A stretch of 63,925 nucleotides of DNA, filler included, from an uncultured bacterium (GCA_964448115.1; 3 parts of 3 records of this genome joined end to end with filler, not necessarily neighbours in it), one strand, 5' to 3'. Shown: positions 41,082 through 52,362, counted from the whole stretch's first letter. The notes: generated by a model not told the origin, from the letters alone. Translations and numbers: made by a program.

Positions 41082-43440
41082 CCCTCTCTTGACAGCATTC
41101 CTTAGCCTTTGTTCAGGGATAATCCTAGGTTACTACTATCCGATGGAGCCTTTGTTTTACAGCCCGGTCATATTTGCGGCATTGGCAGCATTCATCGCCC
41201 TTTACAGGAAGGCATCAAGGGTAATGATAGTCAGCTTGTTATCTGTTTCATTTTTCGCCCTGGGAGCCACATTACAGTATCACCAGAGGTTTGCCTATCA
41301 CCACACTGAATTGCCTGATGCAATAAAGCCGCTGCTCGGTAAGCCGGTGATCTTACGAGGTCGCATTGACAGCATCCCGTCCTTTAGCTCCTACAAGGTC
41401 TCTTTTGCACTTATCACCGAGTCTCTTGAGTATGGAGCCGAGCGGCCAAAGCCTTTCCGTAGCCGTATCCAGCTCGGTATATATACCAGGAGACCCCAAC
41501 TGGAGCCAATTCTCATTCCAGGCAGCGAGATCAAGATCTATACAAGGCTATATAAGGGATCGAACAAGAGCAACCCGGGCGCTTTCGACTATTCGCGCTA
41601 TCTATTGACTCGTGGATACCGATATCGTGGCTATTCTCACGATTTCGGCTCCATAATCAGGTTATCTGAGCCGAATCCTTATCATCCATCAACCCTGTTC
41701 GCTAGATTCCATATTAAGTTGCACCAACTGATCCAACGAGCTTCCAAGTATCAAGGATGGGAGATTATAGATTTCGACCGGGATGCATCCGGACACATCC
41801 TGGAAGCGCTATTCTTGGGGCAGCGAGGGGAGGTGCCCGAACAGTATGCTGAATACTATCGCAATGCTGGCATATTCCATGTCCTTGCCATCTCTGGGCT
41901 GCATCTCGGTTTAATCGGTGCCATACTATATTTCCTGTTTCAAGTTGCAGGTCTTGGTATTCGTGGGCGGTGCATCGGGATCATAGTCGGTATCCTCTTG
42001 TACCTAAATATCGTAGAATTCCGAAGTTCTGTGGCGCGCGCTGGCTTTATGATTGTTTTATATTTGCTCAGTTTTCTATTTTATAGACAGTATAGCCTCC
42101 CGAATGCCATAGTCTTGGCTGCCTTTGTGCTTTTGATCATCAATCCACTGAGCATCTTCGATGCCGGCTTCCAGATGACATTCACCATAACTGCGGTGAT
42201 ATCGATTTCCACAGCGCGTATTCAAAAATGTTTCAGAATAGTAAAACCAGGTTATTTAAGGGATCTGTTATCGGTTTCGCTGGCTGCGCAGATGGGGGCT
42301 TTCGCTTTGATCGCATATTACTTCGGCGCTTTTCCATACATGGCTTGGGTACTTGCCGTGGTGGTGATACCTGGGATAACTATTGTGCTTGGCTTGCAGA
42401 TATTATTTGCTATTACGGCTTTATTCGGATTTGAAGCGCTCGCCATGGCTCTATTGGAGCCGAGTCTCACGCTAGTCGGTTTGATCAGCGAATCAGCGCG
42501 CATAGCCTCCCAACTGCCATATTGCAAGATTGCCATCCCCAAACCGAGCATCGCCTTTGTTGTACTTTACTACCTTACCATTTTCACCTGTTTCACCAGG
42601 ACACTAGAAAAGAAAAGGAGGTTGATCGCCTTACCGTGCATCGTCGGGCTAGTTGTCCTTCTGTTAGCATCATACCTCCCAGAGGATAAAGGTGTTCTCC
42701 AGGTTAACCTTGTAGATATCGGGTACGGCGAGAGCATACATATAAAAACACCGAATGGACGGCACATCATGGTAGATGGGGGTGGATCTTATAGCTGGAA
42801 GTACGATACTGGCAAGCTGCATGTCCATCCTTACCTAAGACACCAGAGAATAAGCGAACTTGAGGGGATAATCTCCACCCACCCGGATGCAGATCACCTA
42901 AGCGGCTTGTATTACCTGCTCAGCAATTACCCCACGGGCTTTATCTGGACCCCTTATCATTTCGCGAATGATCACCTTAACGAGCTTATTACCATGGCAG
43001 AAAAGATGGATGTACAGGTAAAAATTTCCAATAAGAGATTGCCCAACCAGTTTATGCCATGGACATCAAATGATCTCTCCGCGGTGCTCATGCTTGTTTA
43101 CGATGACTTCAAGATGCTTCTGACCGCGGATATAGAGAATAAAGCTGAAGCCCTCCTATTGCCTTATCGGGATCTGCTGAGATGTCATCTGCTCAAGGTG
43201 CCGCACCATGGGGGTTTAAGTTCAAGCTCAGAGGACTTTATTGATGCTACCGATCCCAGTGTAGCCGTCATCTCTTGCGAAGGGACGATCGATAATCCCA
43301 AGCCACACCCAGTTATACTCGAACGATATCAAGATAGAAAAATTGTAACCTTTTATACAGATCGAGATGGCATGATCCGCATAAATTCCACCGGGAAAGA
43401 CTATGAGGTGAGTGTCTTTCCAGCCCTCAAGGCAAGATGA
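41074..43440 (+). CDS. comEC: DNA internalization competence protein ComEC/Rec2
   Basis: NPGAFDY, HVLAISGLHLG, SVARA, DIGYGES, THPDADH, KVPHHG. Confidence 0.93.
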   Translation: MNSPLLTAFLSLCSGIILGYYYPMEPLFYSPVIFAALAAFIALYRKASRVMIVSLLSVSFFALGATLQYHQRFAYHHTELPDAIKPLLGKPVILRGRIDSIPSFSSYKVSFALITESLEYGAERPKPFRSRIQLGIYTRRPQLEPILIPGSEIKIYTRLYKGSNKSNPGAFDYSRYLLTRGYRYRGYSHDFGSIIRLSEPNPYHPSTLFARFHIKLHQLIQRASKYQGWEIIDFDRDASGHILEALFLGQRGEVPEQYAEYYRNAGIFHVLAISGLHLGLIGAILYFLFQVAGLGIRGRCIGIIVGILLYLNIVEFRSSVARAGFMIVLYLLSFLFYRQYSLPNAIVLAAFVLLIINPLSIFDAGFQMTFTITAVISISTARIQKCFRIVKPGYLRDLLSVSLAAQMGAFALIAYYFGAFPYMAWVLAVVVIPGITIVLGLQILFAITALFGFEALAMALLEPSLTLVGLISESARIASQLPYCKIAIPKPSIAFVVLYYLTIFTCFTRTLEKKRRLIALPCIVGLVVLLLASYLPEDKGVLQVNLVDIGYGESIHIKTPNGRHIMVDGGGSYSWKYDTGKLHVHPYLRHQRISELEGIISTHPDADHLSGLYYLLSNYPTGFIWTPYHFANDHLNELITMAEKMDVQVKISNKRLPNQFMPWTSNDLSAVLMLVYDDFKMLLTADIENKAEALLLPYRDLLRCHLLKVPHHGGLSSSSEDFIDATDPSVAVISCEGTIDNPKPHPVILERYQDRKIVTFYTDRDGMIRINSTGKDYEVSVFPALKAR

Positions 43441-43446
43441 GCGAGG

Positions 43447-46400
43447 CTACTTTGTAACTGCAAGGTATGGAAAGGCAGCGCTACTACGCCCTGAGCCATC
43501 GGTTGCTATAACCTCAAGCAGCGTATTAGATCCACTCAATCCCGGCGGGATATGGTAAGTAAGTCCGAATACCATGTCATCCGCCTCGAGATCGCCGTGC
43601 TTGCCATCGTCGAATAGGTAAATGCCGGCTGGTGCTCCCTGGAAATAGATCTCGGCAACAACCACGCGCTCATCTTGTGCTCTCGCTTCAGTTATAGCAA
43701 CAATATGCAGCATTCCACCATCTATTTGGCTGAGTCGAGATTCCATGTATCCCCCAAGCATAACGAGTGGCGGCTCATGGTCTGTTATATGCGTGGAAGT
43801 TGGCGTCATGCTCGGATAGGGAGTTTGGGTCGGCGATGCTGTGGCAGGTGCCATGGTCGGCGAGCTGCTCGGAGTAGCCGTAGCCCGTGGTGTGGGAGTT
43901 AATGTCGGGGGCTGATAGATGCCGCAAACACTGATGTCATCAATGTTCCAACCGCAGCGCACATGGCGATCATCAGTAGGTCCCATCACCCAGCGGATGA
44001 GGACATTTGGATTACCATCAGCATGGCTGCTTATATCATAGCTCACATCTGTCCAGTTCATATCATTAACCCCTGCGCTATTCTCAAAGATGCGATGCCA
44101 ATAAAAGCCGTCGCTGCTTATCTCGATAGCTGCTATATCGGCTGGAGATGAATAAACCCCCAGCCAGCGCTTAAAATTGAGCGTGCAGTTGGTAAGTCGG
44201 CTGCAATCTATGGGAGTAGTAACCAGGTACGAAGGGAGCATGTTATTGGGATACTCGCCCTCAAGGTTATAGCCCAAGACCTTTTTGCCTGTGAATCCAG
44301 ACAGGGGATCAACGCTTTCATCAATCACTCCCATGCCCCTTGGCTTTCCATAATTCCAGCCTTGATCGGCGCTGAAGCCAGGATCAATGTTCAAGTTGAA
44401 CTCGTGCAGACAGCGATAACTACTGTAGGTTACCGCAAACTGGGCTGTAAGCTCCCTGGTGCCAAAAGGTTGTCCGTCTATAAATAGATCGAGATATACA
44501 CTATGCCCCTGGGGGAAATCGGGATCAATACTGATCTGCAAGTGTGGAGAAAAGCTTGTCTTTACTTGACCGGCAACTACCTTGCCCAGTGTGGTTTGAC
44601 TGTTTTGAAGCCCTATCAATGGATTGTCGCACAAGGCGCTTATTGAGACCGTGTAGGCATCATCATCGCCTTGATTATAAAGACTGATGGGGACAAGCAG
44701 GGTCTCACCAGGATCCGGGATGCCATCGTGATCGCCTACGATCTCATTAAATTCGAGGCTATCGATGATCAGGTCCGGCGCCTCGATTTCAATATTTATA
44801 GGGACCTGTCCGCTTCCCTGGGCACTGCTCCAGATGATATTTCCAGCGATAATCTCGCCATCGGGCGCGCTGCCGGCAATAGATATCCTCGGATAAGGCG
44901 CCATATTTATGGCTGTCTCTCCCTCGCCTATGTTCTGGAACCCTATCCCATCCTGGATCACCTCGACATAAGGGCTATCGATGACAAGCACCCCGCTGGC
45001 AGCTTGTAGGTCAACCCCGACATTGTGAACCGAGACAATTATATCGATGGTCTCACCGGCGCCGGGCGCTGCATCGCTATTACCAGCCACTTCGCTGAAT
45101 TGAACATCTCGCAGTCGCAGGTTAGGCTCCAGGCAGGAGTACAGCCCATACAACTCGATATCATCGATGTTCCATCCGCAGAACCGATAGTTATGGTTGG
45201 TCGGTCCCTGCTCGAAGCGAAGATAAACCGTCTCCTGATTGTCAGCATATTTACCGATATCAAGCCCATGTATAGTCCACCTGGGGTCTGAGACCAGGGA
45301 GGCGCTATTTGACCATACTTCCTGCCAGTGCTTCTTGTCTATTGAGATGCTAATTGCTGCCCTGTCCTTGCTTCCGGTGCTTAGCCACCTGGCATATCTC
45401 AGGTGAACATCTTCCATTCCCATACAGTTTATCGGTGTTGAGATGATGCCATACATTGGCATGTAGTTCTCGAAGTCCCCCTGCAGGTTGTATCCTATGA
45501 CATACTGTCCGCTGTAGGCTGCAAACGGATCCCGGTTTCCGCTGCTTCCCCCCCCGCCCTGTGGCATCCCGAATTCCCAATCGCCGCCGGTCTTTATCCA
45601 GCCGGGGTCGCTATCTAGTGGCTCGCGGTAGAACACATAATAGTTGCGTGTATAGAACGAATAATACTCCCCGGAGTTGAAATCACGGGAGACATTTTGT
45701 GCCCGGTCCTGGCAGACTACCTCGAAGAATACCTTAGTACAAGGCTCTATGCCATGGATCGATACCTGATGACTGGTCGTATAACTCTTCTCGGTAACCG
45801 AGAACTGGAGATCCCTGGTCAAGCCGTAGTTTACCCCGCCGATACATGGCTCATCAGTAGTAAAGGCAATGGTCGCTCCCTGGTTGGAGATGAATTCAAC
45901 CCGAAGGTCTGATATCTGCGGTGGCAAACAGTCTATAATAGCGGAGTCGTTACACATTAGCGGCGCCTGGCTGCCATCATCCTCATCATAGTAGTGCACC
46001 TCCAGGAGGTCTCCATGCTGCACCTCGATTGTTTCCCCCATCTTTTTTTGTGCAGATGATCCCGGGGAGATGGTATAGAATGACCCCCTGAAGATTCCCG
46101 AATCGGGCGGATTCTCCTGCACAAGGGTGAATATACCATCCGGCTGGGTGGTGCTTGTAACCTGTACCTGATAGGTCTGGGATCCGAGCAGATCCACATC
46201 GGAGAGAATCAGATCCACCTCGCTGTTACAACCATAACTGCTATTAAGGAGAATGATCTCCCCTCGTGAACTGCCGATCACACCGCTGACCACCAGTGCA
46301 TAAGGCTGAGGTCCCATGGGGATGAAGTTCGCCTCGACCCTTATCAGATATCTGCCCGGCTGGGGGGCATTGACCTGTACGCACTCGATGTTGTTGCGGT

Positions 46401-48306
46401 GATCCCTGTAATAGCCTGGGATCGAGCTTCCATCCTGGTACCTGTTTCCGTAATAGGTAATGTCATCTAATTCGACAACCAGGTCGAGGTCATTGATAAG
46501 ATTGGTGTATGCCTCCGGCGCGGATGGATAATCGCTCCAGACCAGGGTTACCTCCAGCGGCTCCTGGGAGCTTATGACATTGATGGCATATTCTTTAACC
46601 TGTTGATGATCCAAGCCGGTCAGCTCATCGTCGATAAATAGCCTGCGCTGATCGCCCTGGAAAAACAAAGCGGTATCGAGCGTCATCCTTCCCCAGCCCT
46701 GACCGTTGGTCGGTATAGGCGCTGACTGCTCATCAGAGCCATCATCAGCAGTGAATCTGCCGGTCATGCTCACCCCGGAGTTGATAATAATCGCTTTTAC
46801 CAGCGCAGCGCTAGGCTCAATGCCGTAATCGGTTAGCTGAAATCCGAATGGGTAGTATCCCCTTAAAAAGTACTCGCGGACCAAGGCGCAGGCGCCGCTT
46901 ACCGCCGGCGCAGCCATGCTGGTGCCGCTCATGCTCCTCACAGCGCAGTTGAAGGTAGTTGCGTTGCCATCGTTCGATGCAGAAAATATATTCATTCCCG
47001 GTGCACTTATGTCAGGCTTTCTTCTTCCATCAGCGGTCGGTCCGTGGCTGCTTATCGGATACATATCCTCTGCATCTTGCCCACCGGCGGTGGCGCCGAC
47101 GCTGAGGCAGTTCTTGGCAGTGGATGGAGCGGTGATGGTACCCGGCCAGCTACCATAGTTTCCCGCGGAGAAGATGCTTAAAAAATAGGGATGCTCCCAG
47201 GTGTATTGATCCACATCCTGGCAATATAGCGTGTAGGAATTTATGTTCTCACCCCAGCTATTATTGTGTAAAAAGGCGCCCAACTGGTAGGTTTGATCGA
47301 AAAGCAGACCAAGCTCGGCTGGCAATCCGACAACTGATCCCCCATCACCTATGTCCTGTAGGACGATCTTTGCTCCCGGAGCCATTCCATCCCCGCTATC
47401 GTGTTCCAGTATGGTTTGTGTATCATCACCAGCTAGTGTACCTACAACATGTGTACCATGACCAACCCCGTCCCAATCCCCTGCTTGAGCCAGGTCATAG
47501 TATGCCATGACCTTGCGCATTCCATAGCAAGCCTGCTCGCTGGGCAGTCCACGCTCCGAATCGTAGAAATAACACATATCAGCATCCAATCCAGAATCGG
47601 CGACGCCGACTATCTCGCCAAGCCCGAAGAGGCAATTATCGAACAGCGGAGTAGCGCCCTGGGAATACAAGCCACCCTGGCAGATCCAGACCGTGTTATC
47701 ATTGTGAAATGATAGCTCATTGGGGGAATCGAGCCATTCGACCTCATCGAGCTTAGAGAGATGGTGTATGATATCTTGATCGATATTTGCAGGAAACTCT
47801 GCTCGAATTCGAATCTTGTACCAATCATCGATTACCGAGGTGATCTGCGCCTGGCGAAGACTCAATATTGCCCTTAATTCAGCTAGCCGTGCGCCGGGAA
47901 ACAACTGGATATCAAGCGTTCGTAATAGGTTATCCTTTAGCCTGTTCGACAATTCAGGGGAGATTTTATACCTCGCCGGCAGCTTGCCTAGCCAAGATAA
48001 TCCATTTACATCTGCAAGATCGGCTTCTTGGCTTACCGAGATTAGATAACAGTTCTGTGGGAAATAGCGATGAAATGAAAGACCCTTTTCGTGTAATGCC
48101 TCCCTGGCTGTGCGTGCCAAGGGTTCATCAAACACTGCCAAAAGGTAGCCTGTTGAATCGTATGGGGATTTGCCTAGACTAGGAATCGAATCGATATCGA
48201 TTATTCCACCCCGCAGGTAAATATCTGCCCACAGGTTGGCTACTGGAATGAAGCCTGAGATCAAAAGGATGAAAAGGGATATGAATGCTAGTCTCATTGA
48301 CCCCAA
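43447..48306 (-). CDS. Secreted S8 subtilase (KP-43-like) with FN3-like, duplicated jelly-roll and Ig-like modules, Pro/Thr linker and C-terminal PYL domain
   Basis: Triad VADSG / GHGTHV / SGTSMA; PSAALVKA, QGWGR, NDLDL; ends FPYLAVTK. Confidence 0.9.
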   Translation of the reverse strand: MGSMRLAFISLFILLISGFIPVANLWADIYLRGGIIDIDSIPSLGKSPYDSTGYLLAVFDEPLARTAREALHEKGLSFHRYFPQNCYLISVSQEADLADVNGLSWLGKLPARYKISPELSNRLKDNLLRTLDIQLFPGARLAELRAILSLRQAQITSVIDDWYKIRIRAEFPANIDQDIIHHLSKLDEVEWLDSPNELSFHNDNTVWICQGGLYSQGATPLFDNCLFGLGEIVGVADSGLDADMCYFYDSERGLPSEQACYGMRKVMAYYDLAQAGDWDGVGHGTHVVGTLAGDDTQTILEHDSGDGMAPGAKIVLQDIGDGGSVVGLPAELGLLFDQTYQLGAFLHNNSWGENINSYTLYCQDVDQYTWEHPYFLSIFSAGNYGSWPGTITAPSTAKNCLSVGATAGGQDAEDMYPISSHGPTADGRRKPDISAPGMNIFSASNDGNATTFNCAVRSMSGTSMAAPAVSGACALVREYFLRGYYPFGFQLTDYGIEPSAALVKAIIINSGVSMTGRFTADDGSDEQSAPIPTNGQGWGRMTLDTALFFQGDQRRLFIDDELTGLDHQQVKEYAINVISSQEPLEVTLVWSDYPSAPEAYTNLINDLDLVVELDDITYYGNRYQDGSSIPGYYRDHRNNIECVQVNAPQPGRYLIRVEANFIPMGPQPYALVVSGVIGSSRGEIILLNSSYGCNSEVDLILSDVDLLGSQTYQVQVTSTTQPDGIFTLVQENPPDSGIFRGSFYTISPGSSAQKKMGETIEVQHGDLLEVHYYDEDDGSQAPLMCNDSAIIDCLPPQISDLRVEFISNQGATIAFTTDEPCIGGVNYGLTRDLQFSVTEKSYTTSHQVSIHGIEPCTKVFFEVVCQDRAQNVSRDFNSGEYYSFYTRNYYVFYREPLDSDPGWIKTGGDWEFGMPQGGGGSSGNRDPFAAYSGQYVIGYNLQGDFENYMPMYGIISTPINCMGMEDVHLRYARWLSTGSKDRAAISISIDKKHWQEVWSNSASLVSDPRWTIHGLDIGKYADNQETVYLRFEQGPTNHNYRFCGWNIDDIELYGLYSCLEPNLRLRDVQFSEVAGNSDAAPGAGETIDIIVSVHNVGVDLQAASGVLVIDSPYVEVIQDGIGFQNIGEGETAINMAPYPRISIAGSAPDGEIIAGNIIWSSAQGSGQVPINIEIEAPDLIIDSLEFNEIVGDHDGIPDPGETLLVPISLYNQGDDDAYTVSISALCDNPLIGLQNSQTTLGKVVAGQVKTSFSPHLQISIDPDFPQGHSVYLDLFIDGQPFGTRELTAQFAVTYSSYRCLHEFNLNIDPGFSADQGWNYGKPRGMGVIDESVDPLSGFTGKKVLGYNLEGEYPNNMLPSYLVTTPIDCSRLTNCTLNFKRWLGVYSSPADIAAIEISSDGFYWHRIFENSAGVNDMNWTDVSYDISSHADGNPNVLIRWVMGPTDDRHVRCGWNIDDISVCGIYQPPTLTPTPRATATPSSSPTMAPATASPTQTPYPSMTPTSTHITDHEPPLVMLGGYMESRLSQIDGGMLHIVAITEARAQDERVVVAEIYFQGAPAGIYLFDDGKHGDLEADDMVFGLTYHIPPGLSGSNTLLEVIATDGSGRSSAAFPYLAVTK

Positions 48307-48461
48307 GATATCGATTTAGTTGTATTACACGAATGCTCTTTTTTTAATAACTTAAGGCAAAAAACAGATTTGTCAAATCTACTCAGATTCGCGGTTTCGT
48401 TGTTTGGTGTCTAGTTATTTCGTTCTTCCGTGCTTTTGTGGTTCAAGCTTTTCGCATCTTC

Positions 48462-48485
48462 CCGACTTTGTTGGAACAAAGTCGG
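48462..48485. repeat. Perfect intergenic hairpin
   Basis: CCGACTTTGTT-GG-AACAAAGTCGG between divergent genes. Confidence 0.6.
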
Positions 48486-48640
48486 TAGAAACTAATTCTT
48501 TGAGAGCAGGGGATGGAGAAGCTGCGTGTCTTTGATACACAAAAAGTATTGTCCCTATGGGCTTTGATCTTTTCTACCAATGATTATAATCATAGAACGA
48601 TGCAAGGACTTGAAAATAACTTAAAGGAGCAATTTGCTGC

Positions 48641-50200
48641 ATGATTAAAAGAATTCTGGCGGCTTTAATTAGCCTTGCAATTGTCCTTATAGCGTTGATA
48701 AGTTGCACTAAAGTACAAAATGTGAAACACACCGATACCCTCATCATAGGGATCGAAAACAATCCGACCAACCTGGATCCCAGGCTGGGCACCGATGTCT
48801 CATCCTCAAGAATGCATAACATGCTCTTCAATGGTCTGCTCAAGAGAGACAAGAACCTTCATCTTCAGCCAGATCTGGCGCAAAGCTACGAGATCTCCGA
48901 AGATGGCTGTGTTTATACCTTCTATTTGAAGGATGGGATTCGCTTTCACGATGGAAGCCTGCTGAGGGCAGCCGATGTCCAATATACCTATCAATCGGTG
49001 ATGGATCCATCGCTTGCCTCTCCGAAGAGCGCTGGCTACACCAAGCTGCAAAGCATAACTACGCCGGACGAGCATACGGTAGTCTTTCATCTATCAGAGC
49101 CTTTTGCGCCATTTCTAGATAATCTGACACTTGGAATAGTTCCTATGAAGCTCGCCAATGACCCTGAATACTCCCTTTCAGAAACGCCAGTAGGTACCGG
49201 ACCATACATGTTAAAGGAATTCTTGACCGATCAGCATGCCCTGTTGGAGAGGTTCAATGATTACTTTGCAGAAAAAGCAAAGACCAGGTATTTGAAGTAC
49301 AAGATCATCCCGGATCCAGGCATTCGCCTGCTGGAGATAAAAAAGGGGAGCATCCATCTTACCCAGGACAATATCCCCTTCGACTCGCTGGAAAGCCTAC
49401 AAGCAGATGATGCGCTGCGGGTGATGACCACGCCGAGCACTAGCTACAAGTACATCGCCTTCAATATGCGGGATGCAGCGCTATCCAAGATAGAGGTGCG
49501 TCGGGCGCTTGCCTATGCGATAAATCGAGACGAGATCATCGAGCATTTGCTCAAGGGCTATGCTGTGAAGGCTACCGGTGTGCTCGCCCCCAGCCACCCC
49601 TATTATAACCGACCGGTGATGATCTATGATTACAACCAGTCATTGGCTCGCAGGCTGCTGGATAAAGCTGGTTATTACACTCCAGGTGCTGCTGAAGCCA
49701 AGCCTCGACTATCATTGACCTATCTGACCTCGCAGGACAAACTCGGCAAGCAGATCGCGGAGGTGCTACAGCAGCAATGGGCGAAGATAGGGATAAAGCT
49801 CAACATAAAAAGCTATGAATGGGGGGCATTTTACGATGATGTAAAAAAGGGGAACTTCCAACTGTACAGCCTGCAATGGGTAGGCATCTCGGATCCTGAT
49901 ATCTATTATTATGTCTTCCATTCAGCCAGCATCCCTCCCAACGGCGCCAATCGGGGACACTACATAGAGCCTGGGCTGGACGAGCTGCTTCAAAAGGGGC
50001 GAATCACAACCGACCCGGAAGCGAGAAAACGGATATACCACCGAGTGCAAGAGATGGTAGCCGAGCAGCTTCCTTATATCAGCCTGTGGCATCCTTATTA
50101 CATTGCTGTCATGCGCAAAGAGCTTTGCGGTTACGAGCTTTATCCTAATGGTAGCTTTGCCAGCCTCCCTTACACTTATATCAAGAGCACTAATAAATAA
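48641..50200 (+). CDS. ABC transporter substrate-binding lipoprotein, family 5 (peptide/nickel)
   Basis: Lipobox LISC; PDLAQSY, FHDG, GTGPY, VRRALAYAINR. Confidence 0.93.
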   Translation: MIKRILAALISLAIVLIALISCTKVQNVKHTDTLIIGIENNPTNLDPRLGTDVSSSRMHNMLFNGLLKRDKNLHLQPDLAQSYEISEDGCVYTFYLKDGIRFHDGSLLRAADVQYTYQSVMDPSLASPKSAGYTKLQSITTPDEHTVVFHLSEPFAPFLDNLTLGIVPMKLANDPEYSLSETPVGTGPYMLKEFLTDQHALLERFNDYFAEKAKTRYLKYKIIPDPGIRLLEIKKGSIHLTQDNIPFDSLESLQADDALRVMTTPSTSYKYIAFNMRDAALSKIEVRRALAYAINRDEIIEHLLKGYAVKATGVLAPSHPYYNRPVMIYDYNQSLARRLLDKAGYYTPGAAEAKPRLSLTYLTSQDKLGKQIAEVLQQQWAKIGIKLNIKSYEWGAFYDDVKKGNFQLYSLQWVGISDPDIYYYVFHSASIPPNGANRGHYIEPGLDELLQKGRITTDPEARKRIYHRVQEMVAEQLPYISLWHPYYIAVMRKELCGYELYPNGSFASLPYTYIKSTNK

Positions 50201-51138
50201 TGGCGCTTGCGAGATTCATTCTGACTCGGCTCTTGTTGCTGATCCCAGTGGTCTGGGGTGTCTCTACGCTCGTCTTCGCGCTGATTCACTTCATTCCGGG
50301 AGATCCAGTGCAGATAATGCTCGGAGATATGGCTCAGGCAGCAGATGTTCAGGCTCTGCGCCATGCTCTCGGCTTAGATAAGCCTCTGCTCGTGCAGTAC
50401 GGGGATTTCATGCTCGGCATGGTCAAAGGCGACCTGGGACGATCGCTGTACTTCAGGGAACCGGTGGTTGATGTGATTCTAAGGCGCTATCCAGCGACCA
50501 TGCAACTTGCCTTTTGCAGCATGTTAGTCGCCGTTATTATCGGTATCCTGGTCGGGATGCTATCTGCGGTGAAGCGGGGGAGCCTGCTCGATCGTATCGC
50601 TACTTTTTTGGCATTTTTGGGCATATCGTTGCCTAATTTCTGGCTGGGACCTATGCTGATCATCGTTTTTTCAATAAAACTGAACTTGCTACCGGTCTCT
50701 GGTATGGGTACCTGGAAGCATCTCATTTTGCCATCCATAACCTTGGGTCTTGGCATGGCTGCATTCTTAACCCGTATAACTCGATCCTCGATGCTCGATG
50801 TTCTCAGCGAGGACTACATCAGGACCGCCTGGGCAAAGGGATTGAGCGGGACGAGGATATACCTGGTTCATGCCCTAAGGAATAGCCTGATTCCGATTAT
50901 AACCGTGGTTGCCTTGCAGTTCGGGGCTTTGCTAGCTGGCTCGATCATCACCGAGACGATCTTTAGCTGGCCGGGCATCGGCCGGCTGACCATCCAGGCG
51001 ATCAACAAGCGCGATTTCCCGCTGGTGCAAGGCTGTGTCTTTTTCATTGCCATGACCTATGTGGCAGCCAACCTGCTGGCTGATCTCCTATATGGCTTCT
51101 TGGATCCAAGGATTCGGCTCGGCAAGGGGGAGGTCTAG
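50200..51138 (+). CDS. Peptide/nickel ABC transporter permease (DppB/OppB-like)
   Basis: PGDP, GDLGRS, DYIRTAWAKGL, ETIFSWPGIG. Confidence 0.93.
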   Translation: MALARFILTRLLLLIPVVWGVSTLVFALIHFIPGDPVQIMLGDMAQAADVQALRHALGLDKPLLVQYGDFMLGMVKGDLGRSLYFREPVVDVILRRYPATMQLAFCSMLVAVIIGILVGMLSAVKRGSLLDRIATFLAFLGISLPNFWLGPMLIIVFSIKLNLLPVSGMGTWKHLILPSITLGLGMAAFLTRITRSSMLDVLSEDYIRTAWAKGLSGTRIYLVHALRNSLIPIITVVALQFGALLAGSIITETIFSWPGIGRLTIQAINKRDFPLVQGCVFFIAMTYVAANLLADLLYGFLDPRIRLGKGEV

Positions 51139-51148
51139 GCTTTTGGCG

Positions 51149-51982
51149 ATGACGGGGCGGCTATGGAAGCGACTAAAGAGAAATAGGCTAGCGATCGCCG
51201 GTCTTGCTATATATGTAATTTTTTTCCTGGTCGCCATCCTTGCACCGCTACTTGCGCCTTATGAGATAGAGGTGCAAGAGCTTGAGCATCGCTTGGAGCC
51301 GCCGAATCTGAAGCATCCGCTGGGAAGAGATCACCTGGGACGGGATCTTATGAGCCGCGTGATCTACGGGGCTAGGATCTCGTTGAAGGTTGGCATACTG
51401 GTGGTTGGGATCTCCTTGTTCATCGGCACTATCATCGGCTGTATCTCGGGCTACATGGGCGGAATCATCGATGAGCTGTTCATGCGCCTGATAGACATTC
51501 TGCTTGCGTTTCCTGGTATATTATTGGCTATCGCCATGGTCGCTATTTTGGGTCCGGGCATCGATAATGTCATCATAGCCCTTTGCGTAACAGGCTGGGT
51601 GAGCTATGCCCGGTTAGCTCGTGGACAGGTTCTTTTGGTTAAACAGCTCGATTATATCCAGGCGGCGATAGTCGGCGGGATCTCTCATTTCAGGATCATC
51701 TTCAGGCACATCCTTCCCAACATCTTCTCGGTTCTGCTGGTCAGGGCTACTATTGGCATGGCTGGTGCTATAGTCGGTGAGGCTAGCTTGAGCTTCTTGG
51801 GGCTGGGCGTTCAGCCGCCGACTCCCAGTTGGGGGGGGATCTTGAATGATGGTATAGACCTATTGACCCAGGCGCCTCATATCACCATTTTCCCAGGTCT
51901 TGCCATAATGCTGGTCGTGCTGGGATTGAATTTCCTGGGCGATGGCCTGCGTGACGCCTTTGATCCCAAGATGAATATCTAG
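51149..51982 (+). CDS. Peptide/nickel ABC transporter permease (DppC/OppC-like)
   Basis: HPLGRDHLGRD, HILPN, EASLSFLGLG, GDGLRDAFDP; ATG at 51149 preferred. Confidence 0.93.
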   Translation: MTGRLWKRLKRNRLAIAGLAIYVIFFLVAILAPLLAPYEIEVQELEHRLEPPNLKHPLGRDHLGRDLMSRVIYGARISLKVGILVVGISLFIGTIIGCISGYMGGIIDELFMRLIDILLAFPGILLAIAMVAILGPGIDNVIIALCVTGWVSYARLARGQVLLVKQLDYIQAAIVGGISHFRIIFRHILPNIFSVLLVRATIGMAGAIVGEASLSFLGLGVQPPTPSWGGILNDGIDLLTQAPHITIFPGLAIMLVVLGLNFLGDGLRDAFDPKMNI

Positions 51983-52224
51983 GAAGTTTGTTCAATTTCA
52001 ATAATTGTAAAAACTTCATAGAAGTAGAGACTTGTTTACACAAAATATTGCTTTAGAAATACTTTATTTTTTAAGAGATAGCGAATTCAAAAAGTGCCCT
52101 AACTATTAGAAAACAGTAACTAAACACCACAATATCCTTGATGGGAAAACCTGGCATCAATGAACAATATATATAAAAATTTATATTTAAATTGAAAAAA
52201 GGATTGCAGATGCAAATTTAGCTC

Positions 52225-52253
52225 TTGACAAAATGTTGAAGTGTGGATATACT
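52225..52253 (+). promoter_or_regulatory. Near-consensus sigma70 promoter for khpA
   Basis: TTGACA-17 nt-TATACT. Confidence 0.75.
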
Positions 52254-52362
52254 ACGGGTAGTACGAAGGCAGGAACTGCTCTTTGGAAAGACGGAGCCCG
52301 ATGATTGAGGGACCTGAAATGGTAATGCGGGTACAAATTAACCTACTAAGGGGGAATCCAAG

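Noticed and set aside
43447-43790. T9SS CTD or PEP-CTERM/LPXTG identity for the shared C-terminal domain
   Set aside because: It lacks the YPNP..KxxK pattern of T9SS CTDs and has no TM helix or basic tail.
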